Positions 13,972-24,863 of a stretch of 64,000 nt of DNA are shown here, piece by piece; position 1 is the stretch's first letter; each line of letters begins with the position of its first letter. Under the pieces are notes generated by a model that worked only from the letters and a program-made list of their open reading frames with translations, was not told the origin of the DNA and searched no databases. This stretch comes from Macrostomum lignano (taxonomy: Eukaryota): positions 162,030-226,029 of the forward strand of contig NIVC01001880.1 in NCBI GenBank assembly GCA_002269645.1, given 5' to 3'. Both the position numbers and the translations under genes were made by a program.

Positions 13972-14285
13972 AACTCAGCCTAGGCGGGGGCAGACTAAAT
14001 TTAGCCAATGAGAGAACAGTAAGGACAAAGGTCAAAGTCAGACGGACTAAAACTCAGCCTAGGGGGCAGACCCAATAATCTAGCTTAGCCAATGAGAGAG
14101 CAGTAAGGACAGACGTCAAAGTCAGACGGACTAAAACTCAGCCTAGGGGGCAGACCCAATCTAGCTTAGCCAATGAGAGAGAAGTAAGGACAGACGTCAA
14201 AGTCAGACGGACTAAAACTCAGCCTAGGGGGCAGACCCAATCTAGCTTAGCCAATGAGAGAGCAGTAAGGAAAAGGTCAAAATCT
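13972..14285. repeat. ~80-bp tandem repeat, 4 copies
   Basis: Units begin aactcagcctagg near 13972, 14052, 14137 and 14216; each contains ttagccaatgagag and gtcaaa. Confidence 0.9.
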
Positions 14286-14450
14286 GACACAGCAAAAAGA
14301 AAGCTAAACATAGGGAGCTGGCATCAACCTTTTTCACTCTCAGTGTCTCACTTTTCATTAAATTTCTTTTTTATCATTACCCTCGTATGATGGTAAAAAC
14401 CGCGAATTTTGCTACTTTGCTTTGACTACTTTTGCTAATTTTCGCTCAAG

Positions 14451-15117
14451 AGAGGAATGAATCACTGCGACAAAGTTGTCGGATTTGTGAGCGAGAAAAA
14501 CAGCAAGAAAACAGACGTTGGAATCGCTTCCTTGATTCACTGCCATCGGAAGATCGACGAGCACTTGGATCCGCTGATAGACTTCGCGATAAGCCAGGTG
14601 CCGGAGGATCTGCAGCCGTTCACTCCAATCTTCTTGGCCGCCAGTGCGCGGCCTGACCAGAGACCAGCAGCAGCTGCTGATGCGCTGGGTGTCCGCTAAA
14701 TTGAAGAAGTCCCCGTTTGCACTCGTCGCACCGTCTTCCGATCAGCCGCCTGGCTCGGCTGCTGCGTCCTTCGTGCTCAGTGAGAACGAGGAGGCCTACT
14801 ACACCCTTCTGATGCTCCAACTAGTCGTAATGGGTTCAAAAGATTGGGCGGGTGGCATAATGTACCGAAGTTGGCAACAAAATTATCGATGCGCTTCGAT
14901 CAAGATCGGCAATGAATCCACTCAAATCGCTGTAGTTAATAATTCCACGAGAGAGTTACCGCTGGTAAGCTGGAGGAGGGCTAATAAAGCAGACTTTTTC
15001 GTCGAAAGTTCAATGGGACTGGGCAAGTCTGCTGCAGCGCTGAGCATTCTTGGCTACAGAGACGGGCAGCAGCTCGAGGCTGAGTACAAGTCTTCATGCC
15101 TGAACCCGGATAGTTGA
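14451..15117 (+). pseudogene. GDA1/CD39 nucleoside phosphatase (ENTPD4/7-like) fragment, frameshifted near 14644 and degenerate
   Basis: Frame 1: VGIASLIHCHRKIDEHLDPLIDFAISQVPEDLQPFTPIFLAAS (cf. ENTPD4/7 PGIS...SPLLNFAAEHVP...ETPLYILCTAG). Frame 2 continues VRGLTRDQQQLL, VLSENEEAY (ACR3), IKIGNESTQI (cf. ACR4 DLGGASTQ), ESSMGLGKSAA, SSCLNP. ACR1 and ACR5 were not found. Confidence 0.7.
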
Positions 15118-15740
15118 CGGAATAGTTGACGGAATAGTTGACGGAAAAGTTGACGGAATAGTTGACGGAAAAGTTTACGGAATAGTTGACGGAGAAGTTG
15201 ACAGAAAAGTTGACGGAGAAGTTGACGGAAAAGTTGACGGAATAGTTGACGGAAAAGTTGACGGAATAGTTGACGGAATAGTTGACGGAATAGCTGACGG
15301 AAAAGTTGATGGATAAAGTTATTATCCTACTAACACGAAAAGTTGACGGAATAGTTGACGGAATAGTTGACAGAATAGTTGACGGAATGGTTGACGGAGA
15401 AGTTGACGGAGAAATTGACGGAATAGTTGACGGAGAAGTTGACGGAAAAGTTGACGGAATAGTTGACGGAAAAGTTGACGGAATAGTTGACGGAAAAGTT
15501 GACGGAATAGTTGACGGAAAAGTTGACGGAATAGTTGACGGAAAAGTTGACGGAATAGTTGACGGAATAGTTGACGGAGAAGTTGACGAAAAAGTTGACG
15601 GAATAGTTGACGGAAAAGTTGACGGAATAGCTGACGGAAAAGTTGATGGATAAAGTTATTATCCTACTAACACGAAAAGTTGACGGAATAGTTGACGGAA
15701 TAGTTGACGGAAAAGTTAATGGAAAAGTTGACAGAAAAGT
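15112..15740. repeat. 12-bp tandem repeat (gttgacggaata / gttgacggaaaa)n with a duplicated internal interruption
   Basis: Read directly; the spacer gatggataaagttattatcctactaacacgaaaa occurs twice (about 15308 and 15645). Confidence 0.95.
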
Positions 15741-16899
15741 TGAGGGCCAAAGTTATTCTCGTTTCTTAAGTCCGGGGGGTGGGTAGTCAATCGTAGCGGA
15801 GCGGTCGTTAGCGGCACGGTCGTTCAAATGGTAGACACTGGAGCTTTTGGCGCCATAAAATTAATGCATTGATTTGTTGAGCTTATTACTTTCAGTAGGG
15901 CAGTTGTTGCCACCACCGTAATTTTCGGATTACGGAATTGAAGGGTCTCAGAGCTTTCTTTGAGTTGAGACTTGGTTGTTTTATGCCCCACGGGCAAATG
16001 ATTCAAGATAGGCTATGGCTTACTTCAACGAATAAGTATTAATGATTAAATTGGTTGGGTATTTATTTATTAAAGCAGGTTTTACTAGCTTGCGAAGGCT
16101 ATTAATAAATTGAAGTTAATTGCTACAGACGAAAGATGTCGCAGGCGCCGGTGCGCTAAATAAAACTAATAAGATAAAAGCTGATACGCTAAATTAACTG
16201 GAAAAGAAGGGGAGAGAGAGAAAAAGAAAAGGGAAAAGGCATGCAGAAAATTGAGCAGAGCAAGGTTATTTATAGTAGACATATTTAATAATTCCAAGGC
16301 GTGGGGTCTAAGCTCGCCAAAACTAGGGCCACGCAATGGTTTATAATGAAACTAACAAGGAATTATACATAAAACGGTTAAAAACAACTGGTGATTTAAC
16401 GTTGGGCCGGAAACTGGGAAACTAAACCTCAACCAGTGGTCCAAACTCGGGACCAGCAGGGGGAGGTGAGGTCATTGGCAAACCTCAGTTGACCACATGA
16501 GTTGGCGTTCACGGAAAATTAGCACGCATTTGAAAATTAGAAAAAATTAATTATTAAAAATAAATTGAAAACTGTCCACTGGACAAATAGGCATTTTGTT
16601 ATTTGTCTGGTTAAATTGATATTGCTAAAATATCTATTTCATAGAAACTACAAGGATAAATATTCCTAGACTTTAAAGACTTCTATTTGTATCTTGATTA
16701 TTATATTGTTATACTAGTGTGTGTGTTATATACCAAGTTATGCCAAACTAAATACACTGCTTTGCTTACACTAGTATACAAGAAAATATTAATATGTATA
16801 TAAGAAAAGGTCATAAAAATCTAGAATATTCATCACGAAACAAATAGATACTCGTGTTAGCAATTTAACTAGACAAATAGCAAAAAGGCTGGTCACCAG

Positions 16900-18041
16900 A
16901 CAAATAACAACAGCCTTTAAGTAATTTTGTTTGCAATAATTTTCTATGCTATTAAATGTGTCTTAGAGTTTAAGTTTGTCTTTGCTTTTTGCTAGTCCCT
17001 ATGGCTTGGTCATTAGCAAAAAGGAAGATAATTGAAACGGTAGGTCTTAAAAGAGAATAGGCTTATCTAGTGTTATAAAGCTTAAGTCGTTAAGATAGGC
17101 CTAATAAGATATTCATTAATGTTGTTAAAATAAAGCTCAAAAGCATAGTAGAAAGGTTGCCTTGGAGAACTCCTTTAGATATTGAGATTGGCTAGGTTTA
17201 TTATAATTTTATTTTTTTAGAAAAAGCAAGTATTTATATATTTTTTTCAATGAGTATTATTTGATCTTTTATTATAAAAGGTATAAGTTTATACCATGGT
17301 TGTTGATTTTGTGCCAAAAAGTAAGGTTGGTTTTAAGCTATGAATAGTTTTTTTATAATTAACAAATCTTATGAAAAGTGTATCTTTGTTGGACATAGAA
17401 TGGTTTATAATGATTGTTATAAAGATTAAAACATTGGTCAATTGTGCTATGGTAAGGCTTGAAACTATATTGGTATTTTGAAATTAGGTTGTTAGAGTCT
17501 AGAGTGGGCTAGGTTTTTTAGTCTAGATTTAATCATTTGGCAAAGAAGCTTGCCAAGAATAGGTTGCATATAGATATCTTTATAATTGTTAGAGTTGGTA
17601 TTGCTACCTTTGTTTTTGTAAATTAGGCAACATATATTGGTTATTCAACTAGTTAAAAACGTTTGTTGTTTGAATAGTTCATTGAAAAGTAAAACAGAAA
17701 GTTAGAAAGTGTTTTCCCAAGGTAGACTAGAAAGTTTCTACATCTCAATTATGACTTAGTGCTTTTTCTATTTTGAGCTTTCTATTATTTTGTAACTTCT
17801 TCTTTGGTAAATAAAGCATTAAAAAGATCAGTTAGAGTTGGGTAGTCTAGGTGTAGATTTTAGGAAAGTAATATTGCTACTCTGCTTAGTAACAAGGTTT
17901 TAAAAACATCTTACAAAATTATCATTAATTATTGAATTGTTGGAGTGGTTATATGATTTTAGTAGGTTCCAAAGCTGTTTTTTTATCATTTTGTATAAAG
18001 CCTAGATGTTTGTATTTTTTGCACAGAGAATAGATTCATGT
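16900..18041 (-). pseudogene. Decayed non-LTR (LINE, CR1/L2-like) reverse transcriptase remnant
   Basis: Manual minus-strand translation through stops and frameshifts gives KLKIEKALSHN, LLFNELF, CCLIYKNKGSNTNSNNYKDIYMQPILGKLL (about 17575-17635), FKPYHSTIDQCF, KGVLQG (about 17160-17176) and IFLFANDQ (about 17010-17025; the YADD-equivalent). Confidence 0.75.
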
Positions 18042-18229
18042 TTCCAAGAGCATACATGTGCAACTGCTGGCCAAGCTGGCCAATCCGGCCACCGTAAATT
18101 GTGGTGGACCAGGGTAAGTCGCAAAATTGAGTTGACCAAAAACGAAAAAATGCAAGAGGAAAGAGCAATATAGGGAAGTAAAATGGTGAAGCAAAAGAAA
18201 AACAAGTTGCAGCAGAAGCAAATTAAGTT

Positions 18230-19040
18230 GCACAAATGATTAGGTAAGTCGCAAAAGGAGCAACTAAGTTGCAAAAAGGATTCGGTCAAGTCGCAAAAAG
18301 GATTAGGTAAGTCGCAAAAGGATTAGGTAAGTCGCAAAAGGGTTAGGTAAGTCGCAAAAAGGATTAGGTAAGTCGCAAAAGGATTAGGTAAGTCGCAAAA
18401 GGAGCAACTAAGTCGCAAAAAGGATTCGGTCAAGTCGCAAAAAGATTAGGTAAGTCGCAAAAAGATTAGGTAAGTCGCAAAAGGATTAGGTAAGTCACAA
18501 AAGGGTTAGGTAAGTCGCAAAAAGGATTAGGTAAGTCGCAAAAGGATTAGGTAAGTCGCAAAAGGAGCAACTAAGTCGCAAAAGGATTAGGTAAGTCGCA
18601 AAAGGATTAGGTAAGTCGCAAAAGGAGCAACTAAGTCGCAAAAAGGATTAGGTAAGTCGCAAAAGGAGCAACTAAGTCGCAAAAAGGATTAGGTCAAGTC
18701 GCAAAAAGGATTAGGTAAGTCGCAAAAGGATTAGGTAAGTCGCAAAAAGGATTAGGTCAAGTCGCAAAAAGGATTAGGTAAGTCGCAAAAGGATTAGGTA
18801 AGTCGCAAAAAGATTAGGTAAGACGCAAAAGGAGCAACTAAGTCGCAAAAAGGATTAGGTCAAGTCGCAAAAGGATTAGGTAAGTCGCAAAAAGGATTAG
18901 GTAAGTCGCAAAAGGATTAGATAAGTCGCAAAAAGGATTAGGTAAGTCGCAAAAAGGATTAGGTAAGTCGCAAAAAGGATTAGGTAAGTCGCAAAAGGGT
19001 TAGGTAAGTCGCAAAAGGAGCAACTAAGTCGCAATAAGAG
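18230..19040. repeat. ~21-bp tandem repeat (aagtcgcaaaaggattaggt variants) inside the TIR element
   Basis: Read directly; core aagtcgca/aagttgca also occurs in the element's subterminal sequence. Confidence 0.95.
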
Positions 19041-19284
19041 GGAAGTAAGTCACAATCAGAGGCAATCAGGGGGTAGTAGGTGCAAGTGTGGCAGGAGAGC
19101 AAAAAAACAGAATAGAAGCCTTCAACCACAGACAAGATCTTTGAAATCAGCAGCCTATGTCAACAGTTTCCCATTGATTTCTTTAACTCCGGAGCAGGGG
19201 TCGGCAAAGTCCAGCTCGCGAAGCCCCTCTATCTGGCCCTCGCCCCTCGGGTTCTTTGAAACTTTCTAACTAGCAAGGTTGGTG

Positions 19285-19985
19285 TCTCTTCAACTCTCAT
19301 CTCTCTCTTCTTCTCTACCTTGCCTCCCCTCTTCTCTCTCTCCCCTTTTCCCTCTTCTCTCTCCTTTCATTTTTACTCTCCTCTCTTCTCCCCTCTCCTT
19401 TCTCCCCTTTTCTCTCTACCCTTTCTCCTCAATGCCCTCTTCTCTCCTCTTATCTTCAGCAAAAATGTGTGCATATTTTCTTACTTCAAAGTAGAGGGAA
19501 TAGAAGATTGGAGATAAGCAAACAGAGGAGAGGCGAGCGATGCAATGGGAGAAAAGATAGAAGATGAGAGAAAAGCTGAGGGAGGAGAGAGATGAGAGAG
19601 ATGAGAGGAAAGAGGAAAGATATGATGATGGATGAGATCAGAAAAGAGAGGAAAGAGGAAAGAGGAGAGAAGAAAGGAGATAAGAGAGTAGACGAGAGAA
19701 GAGAGGATAAGGAGGAGATAAGAGGAGAGTGAAGAGAGGAGAAATAAGAGAGTAGAGAGGAGAGGAGAGATGAGATGAGAGAGTTGAGTGGAGAGAGACG
19801 AGAGGAGAGATAAGATGAGAGAGTAGAGTGAAGTGGAGAGAGACGAGAGGAGAGATAAGAATGTAGGCAGGAGACAGAAGAGATAAGAGAGGAGGAAAGA
19901 GAGGAGAGAGGAGAGGAAAGAGAGAAGGGATGAGGGATGAGAGAGAAAAGAAAAAGAGGATGAGAAGATTGAGGAAAGGAGAGAA
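19285..19985. repeat. Adjacent CT-rich (about 19285-19460) and GA-rich (about 19500-19985) low-complexity tracts
   Basis: Read directly; explains the Leu/Ser-rich spurious ORFs in the track. Confidence 0.9.
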
Positions 19986-21156
19986 TTCGCAAAGGCCTCA
20001 AATCTTAATTTAACATGCATTTACTCCCATCCTTGTTTGCCTTTTTCCTAACTGTTAACAAGTTTTTGTTTGAGCATGACTTCAAATTTAAGAATCTATG
20101 CAAAATAGTTCCGGGAATTGGAATTCAGTGGTTTCAAAATCTGTGGGTTTTCACAGCTTGTATCTCTACTGGATTTGTATTCTGCATCTGATGAGCCATC
20201 TGAATCAGGGCTCTCATCTTCCATGCCAAATCGTCTAGCAAGTGAAATTATTCTTGAGCTATAGGCCACACTGTATTCACTTCACTTACTTCTAGACATT
20301 CATGAATCATGACTTTTGTCTTTACATGTCTTTACTCATTGTCATCATTACTAATTGCCTCAGGCCGCCATTATGATATACTGATTAGCTGAAATAAAAA
20401 CCGCGAAATCTGCACTAATTAGCTGGCGAGGCATTTAGCCTTTAAAATATGGTCATAGTTACTCCTGCCGTTTACCCACAATTCTTTGTTTAGCTTTCTT
20501 ACATAGGTAAGTCGCATTTTTGATCGAAAACTAAGTCGCACGGCCAGTGTAATTTCAGAAGTTGCGCATGTATGTTCCAAGAGTATATCTTCTATAAGTA
20601 TGCTTAGTAGCATTTCTTAAGGGTTTAAGAAAGGGCTCAATGTTAAACAGAGGTTTTTGTTTCTACTGTGAGTTTGCTTTGAATTTGCCTAACTTTCCTA
20701 TAAAAGAAAGCTGGATTTTGCATGTCAATATTCAAGATTTTGTCCTCAAAAAATCTGAGAAACAATATGTTTTTCTTGTTGTGAGGTGGGTTTATTAATG
20801 TAATTAATTTATTATCTTTATTTTTGGTCTATTATCCAAGCTTTTTGAAGACATAAAATGCTTAAAAGTTGACTCAGCTTCTAATAATTCAAGTTTAGGA
20901 ATCATCACTGAGGTATAAAAGTCCCATAACATTCCAACTGCTAATAGTAAATTTTTGTTATTCTTTGTAATATTAAGTTCAATGAGTTTTGATTTGGTAT
21001 TAGGTGCATAGCCAGGATTCACATCAGAAAGAAAGGTAGCTCTTACTTACTTACTTGACTTAGCTGCAGGGTGGTCCGTAGACACAGCGGGGAGGCGAGG
21101 GTCGCCCATTCCGCTAGCCCCTGAAGGCCCGCAGACAGGCAGAGGCGTGGGGCCGG

Positions 21157-24100
21157 TCAGGGTGGTCCGCCGGTCCGTCCTGCAGCGTGATCTTCCGTTG
21201 GGAAGAAACTGGCTCGTCTAGTCGCCCGAAGGAACTGGATGAGCCGTGGGATACTGTCGGGCTGGCAAACCTCGTCAATGGACGGGTTCGGCCCGAGGTA
21301 GCGTAGCCGGTCTCTGTTAAAGAAAGGGCAGTGACAGACAAAGTGCTGAGCATCTTCATTGTCGCACTCGCAAAAGGGGCAAATTTCGCTCTCGAGGTCG
21401 CCTCGGAGGAAGCAGTGCCTGGCGAGGTAGCCATGGCCGGTAAGGGTCATGACAAGGGCTCGAATATCCTTCCGATTCTGGTTCAGAAGGATGTTTCTGA
21501 GCCTGTGAGACGGGCAAGGAACCGCGGCACGAGATTGCCGGCAGTTTTGGGTGCCCGCCCATCTGTCCCTGTGGAGGGAGTCAGCCCAGTCGTCGATCTG
21601 ACGATTGATGACTGTCAAGGGCATAGGGACCAGGGGGGCAGGGCCGAAAAAAGAGCCAGAGCCGCCCCTCTTGGCGAGGGTGTCTGCCAGCTCGTTCCCC
21701 GGAAACCCTGCGTGCCCTGGGATCCACTTCAGCCTGACAGTATTGCTTCTGGCCAGGAGGTTGAGCTGCCGGGCGCAGTCGGCGACTGTCCGGGAGTTCG
21801 TTGTGGTGTGGCAAAGGGCCTGTAAGGCCGCTTGGCTGTCGGAGTGGATGACAATAGTCTTTCCTCTCGTAACCTTGGCGTTTAGCTCTGCAGCGCAAGA
21901 GCTGATGGCAAGGACTTCGTTCTGGAAGACTGTGGAGAGTCTACCAGTGTGCTGGGCATGCGTGGCAATTACGCGGCCGTTGATGATGATGCAGACCCCA
22001 AAGCCGGCGCGACCGTCTTTGATGGATCCGTCCGTGTAGCAATGGACCTCCTGGAAATTCCAGTGGTCATTGGCAGCATCCCTAGAGGGGATGGTGACCT
22101 TGTAGCGCTGAAAGAGGTTGAGAGTGCGGGGTTCGCCGTCAGATAGGACGTGGAGCCCGCCGCTGTCTCTCAAGTCCTTGAGGCAGAGGTCAGCGTGGGG
22201 CAGAAGCTTGCGCTTAGCCATGGCCCTATGGGGCTGGATTCGAATGCCAGCGTCAGCTAGACGGCGGGCAGTCTTAGCCGCTTCCCTGCGGACAAAGATG
22301 TCCAGCGGAGGAATGTTGAGGAAGGCGTTGAGGCCATCGTAAGGAGCAGACGGAGGGGCGCTCATGATCGTGCGACAAGCGCGCCCTTGCGCTCTCCTGA
22401 GAGCCTCTAGACAGGTCTTTATCTGCAGGGCGCTAGCCCAGATCAGGCCGCCATACGAGATAGCGGGCCTAACCATTGCAGTGTAGATCCACCAGAGGCG
22501 CTTGGGGGTGAGCCCCCAGGTGGTGCCGACGGCCCTGCGCAATTGCGCGAGGACTGCGAAGGCCTTTTTGGCTTTTGTTTGAACGTGGGGAGACCAGTTC
22601 AGCCTGTGGTCCAGGGTAATACCCAGACATTTAGTCTGCTTGCAGAAGGGGATTTCCCTTCTGTAAAGCGTGAGCGGCCGAATCTGCCACTTGGTCCTGC
22701 TGGTGAACATGATCGCTGCGGTCTTAGTCTCAGAGAGCCTTAAACCACAGCGGTCCGCCCATTGCTCAGCAGCGTAGATGAAGTTCTGAAGAAGGTCCCT
22801 GAGGGTATCAGGGGACGGACCAGATGCCACCGCGGTGACATCGTCCGCATATCCAACTTTCAGAATGGGGTCAGGCCGAACATCCCGGAGGAGCTCATCG
22901 ATGACCATATTCCAGAGAACTGGAGACAGCACCCCACCTTGCGGGCTACCTTTGCAGACGGGGACCGTCCTCTGGTAGCCCAGCAGACTGGCGGTGGCCG
23001 TGCGATGGCTGATCATGTACATGATCCATCTGGTGAGATGTGAGTGCGTTAGCCTCTCACAAAGAGCTCTTCGGAACGCCTCAAAGAGGACGTTATCGAA
23101 GGCGCCAATGATGTCCAGGAAGATCCCCAGAGCAAAGCCACTACCAAGCACGGCCTTCTCGAGTTTATCGACCAGGACGTGCAGCGCGCTTTCAGTGGAG
23201 CGACCCGCCCGAAAAGCGTGCTGGTTCTCGCTGAGAGGTTTGTTCTTCAGCTCAACAGAGAGAAGGCGCCAAAGCACCAGTCTCTCCATCAGCTTGACCA
23301 GGGAGGAGGTCAAGCTGATCGGTCTGAAGGATTTGATAGAATGGTAGTCCGGGCGGCCTGGCTTAGGGATAAAGATCACCTTTGCCTCGGTCCATGCCTG
23401 CGGGACATAACCAAGCGTGATGCATGCCCGAAGAAGGCTGCAAAGTTTGCGCAGGAAGCCTGGGCATTTAACCGCCTCTCTTAGAAGGGCCGGTACAATG
23501 CCGTCGGGTCCTGGGGCTTTGAAAGGCTTGAAGGAATTTGCCGCTCTCACAATGCGGTCCTCCGTGATGATAGATGCAGCCAGCGCGTGACCTCCCTCCG
23601 AGTGATCCGGAGTGGTCTGGTTAGCTGGCTCGTTAGGGAAAAACGCAGTGAGCATTACATCAAGCGTTTCCCCTGGGTTGTCCGTGGACGTACCGTCGGT
23701 GCGTTTGACCGAGGAGAGCTTAGACATTTTGTCCAGCGTGAGCGCTTTCACAACTCTGGAGGTGGGGCGTGAGCCCTCTAGCTCCTCACAGTATTGTCGC
23801 CATTTTTGAGCCTTTGCATTCCTAACCTGCCTTTTAAACTCATGAATTGCTTCATGATAGGCGGTTTGGTCTGCAGGGCTCTTAGTTTTAGTTGCTCTGC
23901 GGTGGAGTCTCTTAGCCCTGCGACGGAGGTTGCCGAGCTCGGGATTCCACCACGGCGCCGATTTTTTCCCTTTATAGGCTTTTAAAGGGCAGGACGCCTC
24001 AAAGGCGGCGGTTAGCGTCTCTGTCAAAACAGTCGCGCACTCATCCGCCTCTCGGCACGACGTGATCGTGAATGGTTGGCCAGGAGACCGATGGAATTCC

Positions 24101-24861
24101 TTCAGGGCGAGCCCGAAGGTTTCCCAATCAGTATTTCTGGCGTTCCGTCTCCACATAACACGAGTTGCGCTACGCGCGGCCATTAGGTTGAAGGAGATGA
24201 ACTTGTGATCCGATAGTGAGGACACTGGAAGCACCCGCCACGCCCCAATACTCTGGTAGAGTCTGGGCGTTGCGAGCGTAGCGTCGATCACCTCCGACCA
24301 CCGTCCGTTGTCAAAGGTAGGGGTGGACCCAGAGTTGCAGAACTCGAGGGTCGTAGAGGCAACGTAGGCTAGGAGGTCTTCGCCTCTCTGATTAATGCCA
24401 GTGCTGCCCCAGTGAGTGTGGTGGGCGTTGATGTCGCCGGCAACCATGAGCTCGTAGTTTTTGGCAGAGCAGAGCTCTACCAGCGTAGCGAGGGCTCTGG
24501 GGACGACCGCAGCATCGCCTGGTAGGTAAACCGAGGCAATGAGGGTGGTCTTCCCAGGAAGAAGGTCCTCGGATTGGATGACGCAGATGTCCCTGTTGGA
24601 CAGGTCCGATCTGAGCCACGCACTGAGCGTTTTGCTCGCAAAGATGCAAGCTCTGGGAGGCTGGTTGGCCTCGCGAGGGTAAGTATAAAAACAATTGTAG
24701 CCAGCAGGGGCGTTTTGAGGCTTACCTCTGAGAGTCCAGGGTTCCTGGACGAGGATGAGCCCCGGCTTGTCGAGCTCGGCGTAACGCATAAGGTTGACCG
24801 AGGCTGCGACGCAGTGCTGCAGATTAATCTGCAGGCAATGGATTCCCTGGTTGCTGATCAT
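21157..24861 (-). CDS. Retrotransposon ORF2: APE endonuclease + reverse transcriptase + RNase H + C-terminal CCHC-like knuckle
   Basis: EN: LQINLQH, VQEPW, AGDINAHH, IDATL, SDHKFI. RT: KAPGPDG, QHAFRAGRSTE, FLDIIGAFDNV, GSPQGGVLSP, GYADD. RNase H: YTDGS, QNEVLAI, SDSQAAL, WIPGHAGFPGNELAD. C-term CPFCECDNEDAQHFVCHC. First ATG at 24861, two nt after the ORF1 stop. Confidence 0.97.
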   Translation of the reverse strand: MISNQGIHCLQINLQHCVAASVNLMRYAELDKPGLILVQEPWTLRGKPQNAPAGYNCFYTYPREANQPPRACIFASKTLSAWLRSDLSNRDICVIQSEDLLPGKTTLIASVYLPGDAAVVPRALATLVELCSAKNYELMVAGDINAHHTHWGSTGINQRGEDLLAYVASTTLEFCNSGSTPTFDNGRWSEVIDATLATPRLYQSIGAWRVLPVSSLSDHKFISFNLMAARSATRVMWRRNARNTDWETFGLALKEFHRSPGQPFTITSCREADECATVLTETLTAAFEASCPLKAYKGKKSAPWWNPELGNLRRRAKRLHRRATKTKSPADQTAYHEAIHEFKRQVRNAKAQKWRQYCEELEGSRPTSRVVKALTLDKMSKLSSVKRTDGTSTDNPGETLDVMLTAFFPNEPANQTTPDHSEGGHALAASIITEDRIVRAANSFKPFKAPGPDGIVPALLREAVKCPGFLRKLCSLLRACITLGYVPQAWTEAKVIFIPKPGRPDYHSIKSFRPISLTSSLVKLMERLVLWRLLSVELKNKPLSENQHAFRAGRSTESALHVLVDKLEKAVLGSGFALGIFLDIIGAFDNVLFEAFRRALCERLTHSHLTRWIMYMISHRTATASLLGYQRTVPVCKGSPQGGVLSPVLWNMVIDELLRDVRPDPILKVGYADDVTAVASGPSPDTLRDLLQNFIYAAEQWADRCGLRLSETKTAAIMFTSRTKWQIRPLTLYRREIPFCKQTKCLGITLDHRLNWSPHVQTKAKKAFAVLAQLRRAVGTTWGLTPKRLWWIYTAMVRPAISYGGLIWASALQIKTCLEALRRAQGRACRTIMSAPPSAPYDGLNAFLNIPPLDIFVRREAAKTARRLADAGIRIQPHRAMAKRKLLPHADLCLKDLRDSGGLHVLSDGEPRTLNLFQRYKVTIPSRDAANDHWNFQEVHCYTDGSIKDGRAGFGVCIIINGRVIATHAQHTGRLSTVFQNEVLAISSCAAELNAKVTRGKTIVIHSDSQAALQALCHTTTNSRTVADCARQLNLLARSNTVRLKWIPGHAGFPGNELADTLAKRGGSGSFFGPAPLVPMPLTVINRQIDDWADSLHRDRWAGTQNCRQSRAAVPCPSHRLRNILLNQNRKDIRALVMTLTGHGYLARHCFLRGDLESEICPFCECDNEDAQHFVCHCPFFNRDRLRYLGPNPSIDEVCQPDSIPRLIQFLRATRRASFFPTEDHAAGRTGGPP

Positions 24862-24863
24862 TA

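Larger units (their letters stand above)
18051..20574. mobile_element. Non-autonomous TIR DNA transposon (2.5 kb) inserted in the decayed LINE
   Basis: Termini catacatgtgcaac ... gttgcgcatgtatg (14-bp TIR, 1 mismatch); flanking 9-bp direct repeat ttccaagag at 18042-18050 and 20575-20583; no intact transposase inside. Confidence 0.85.
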
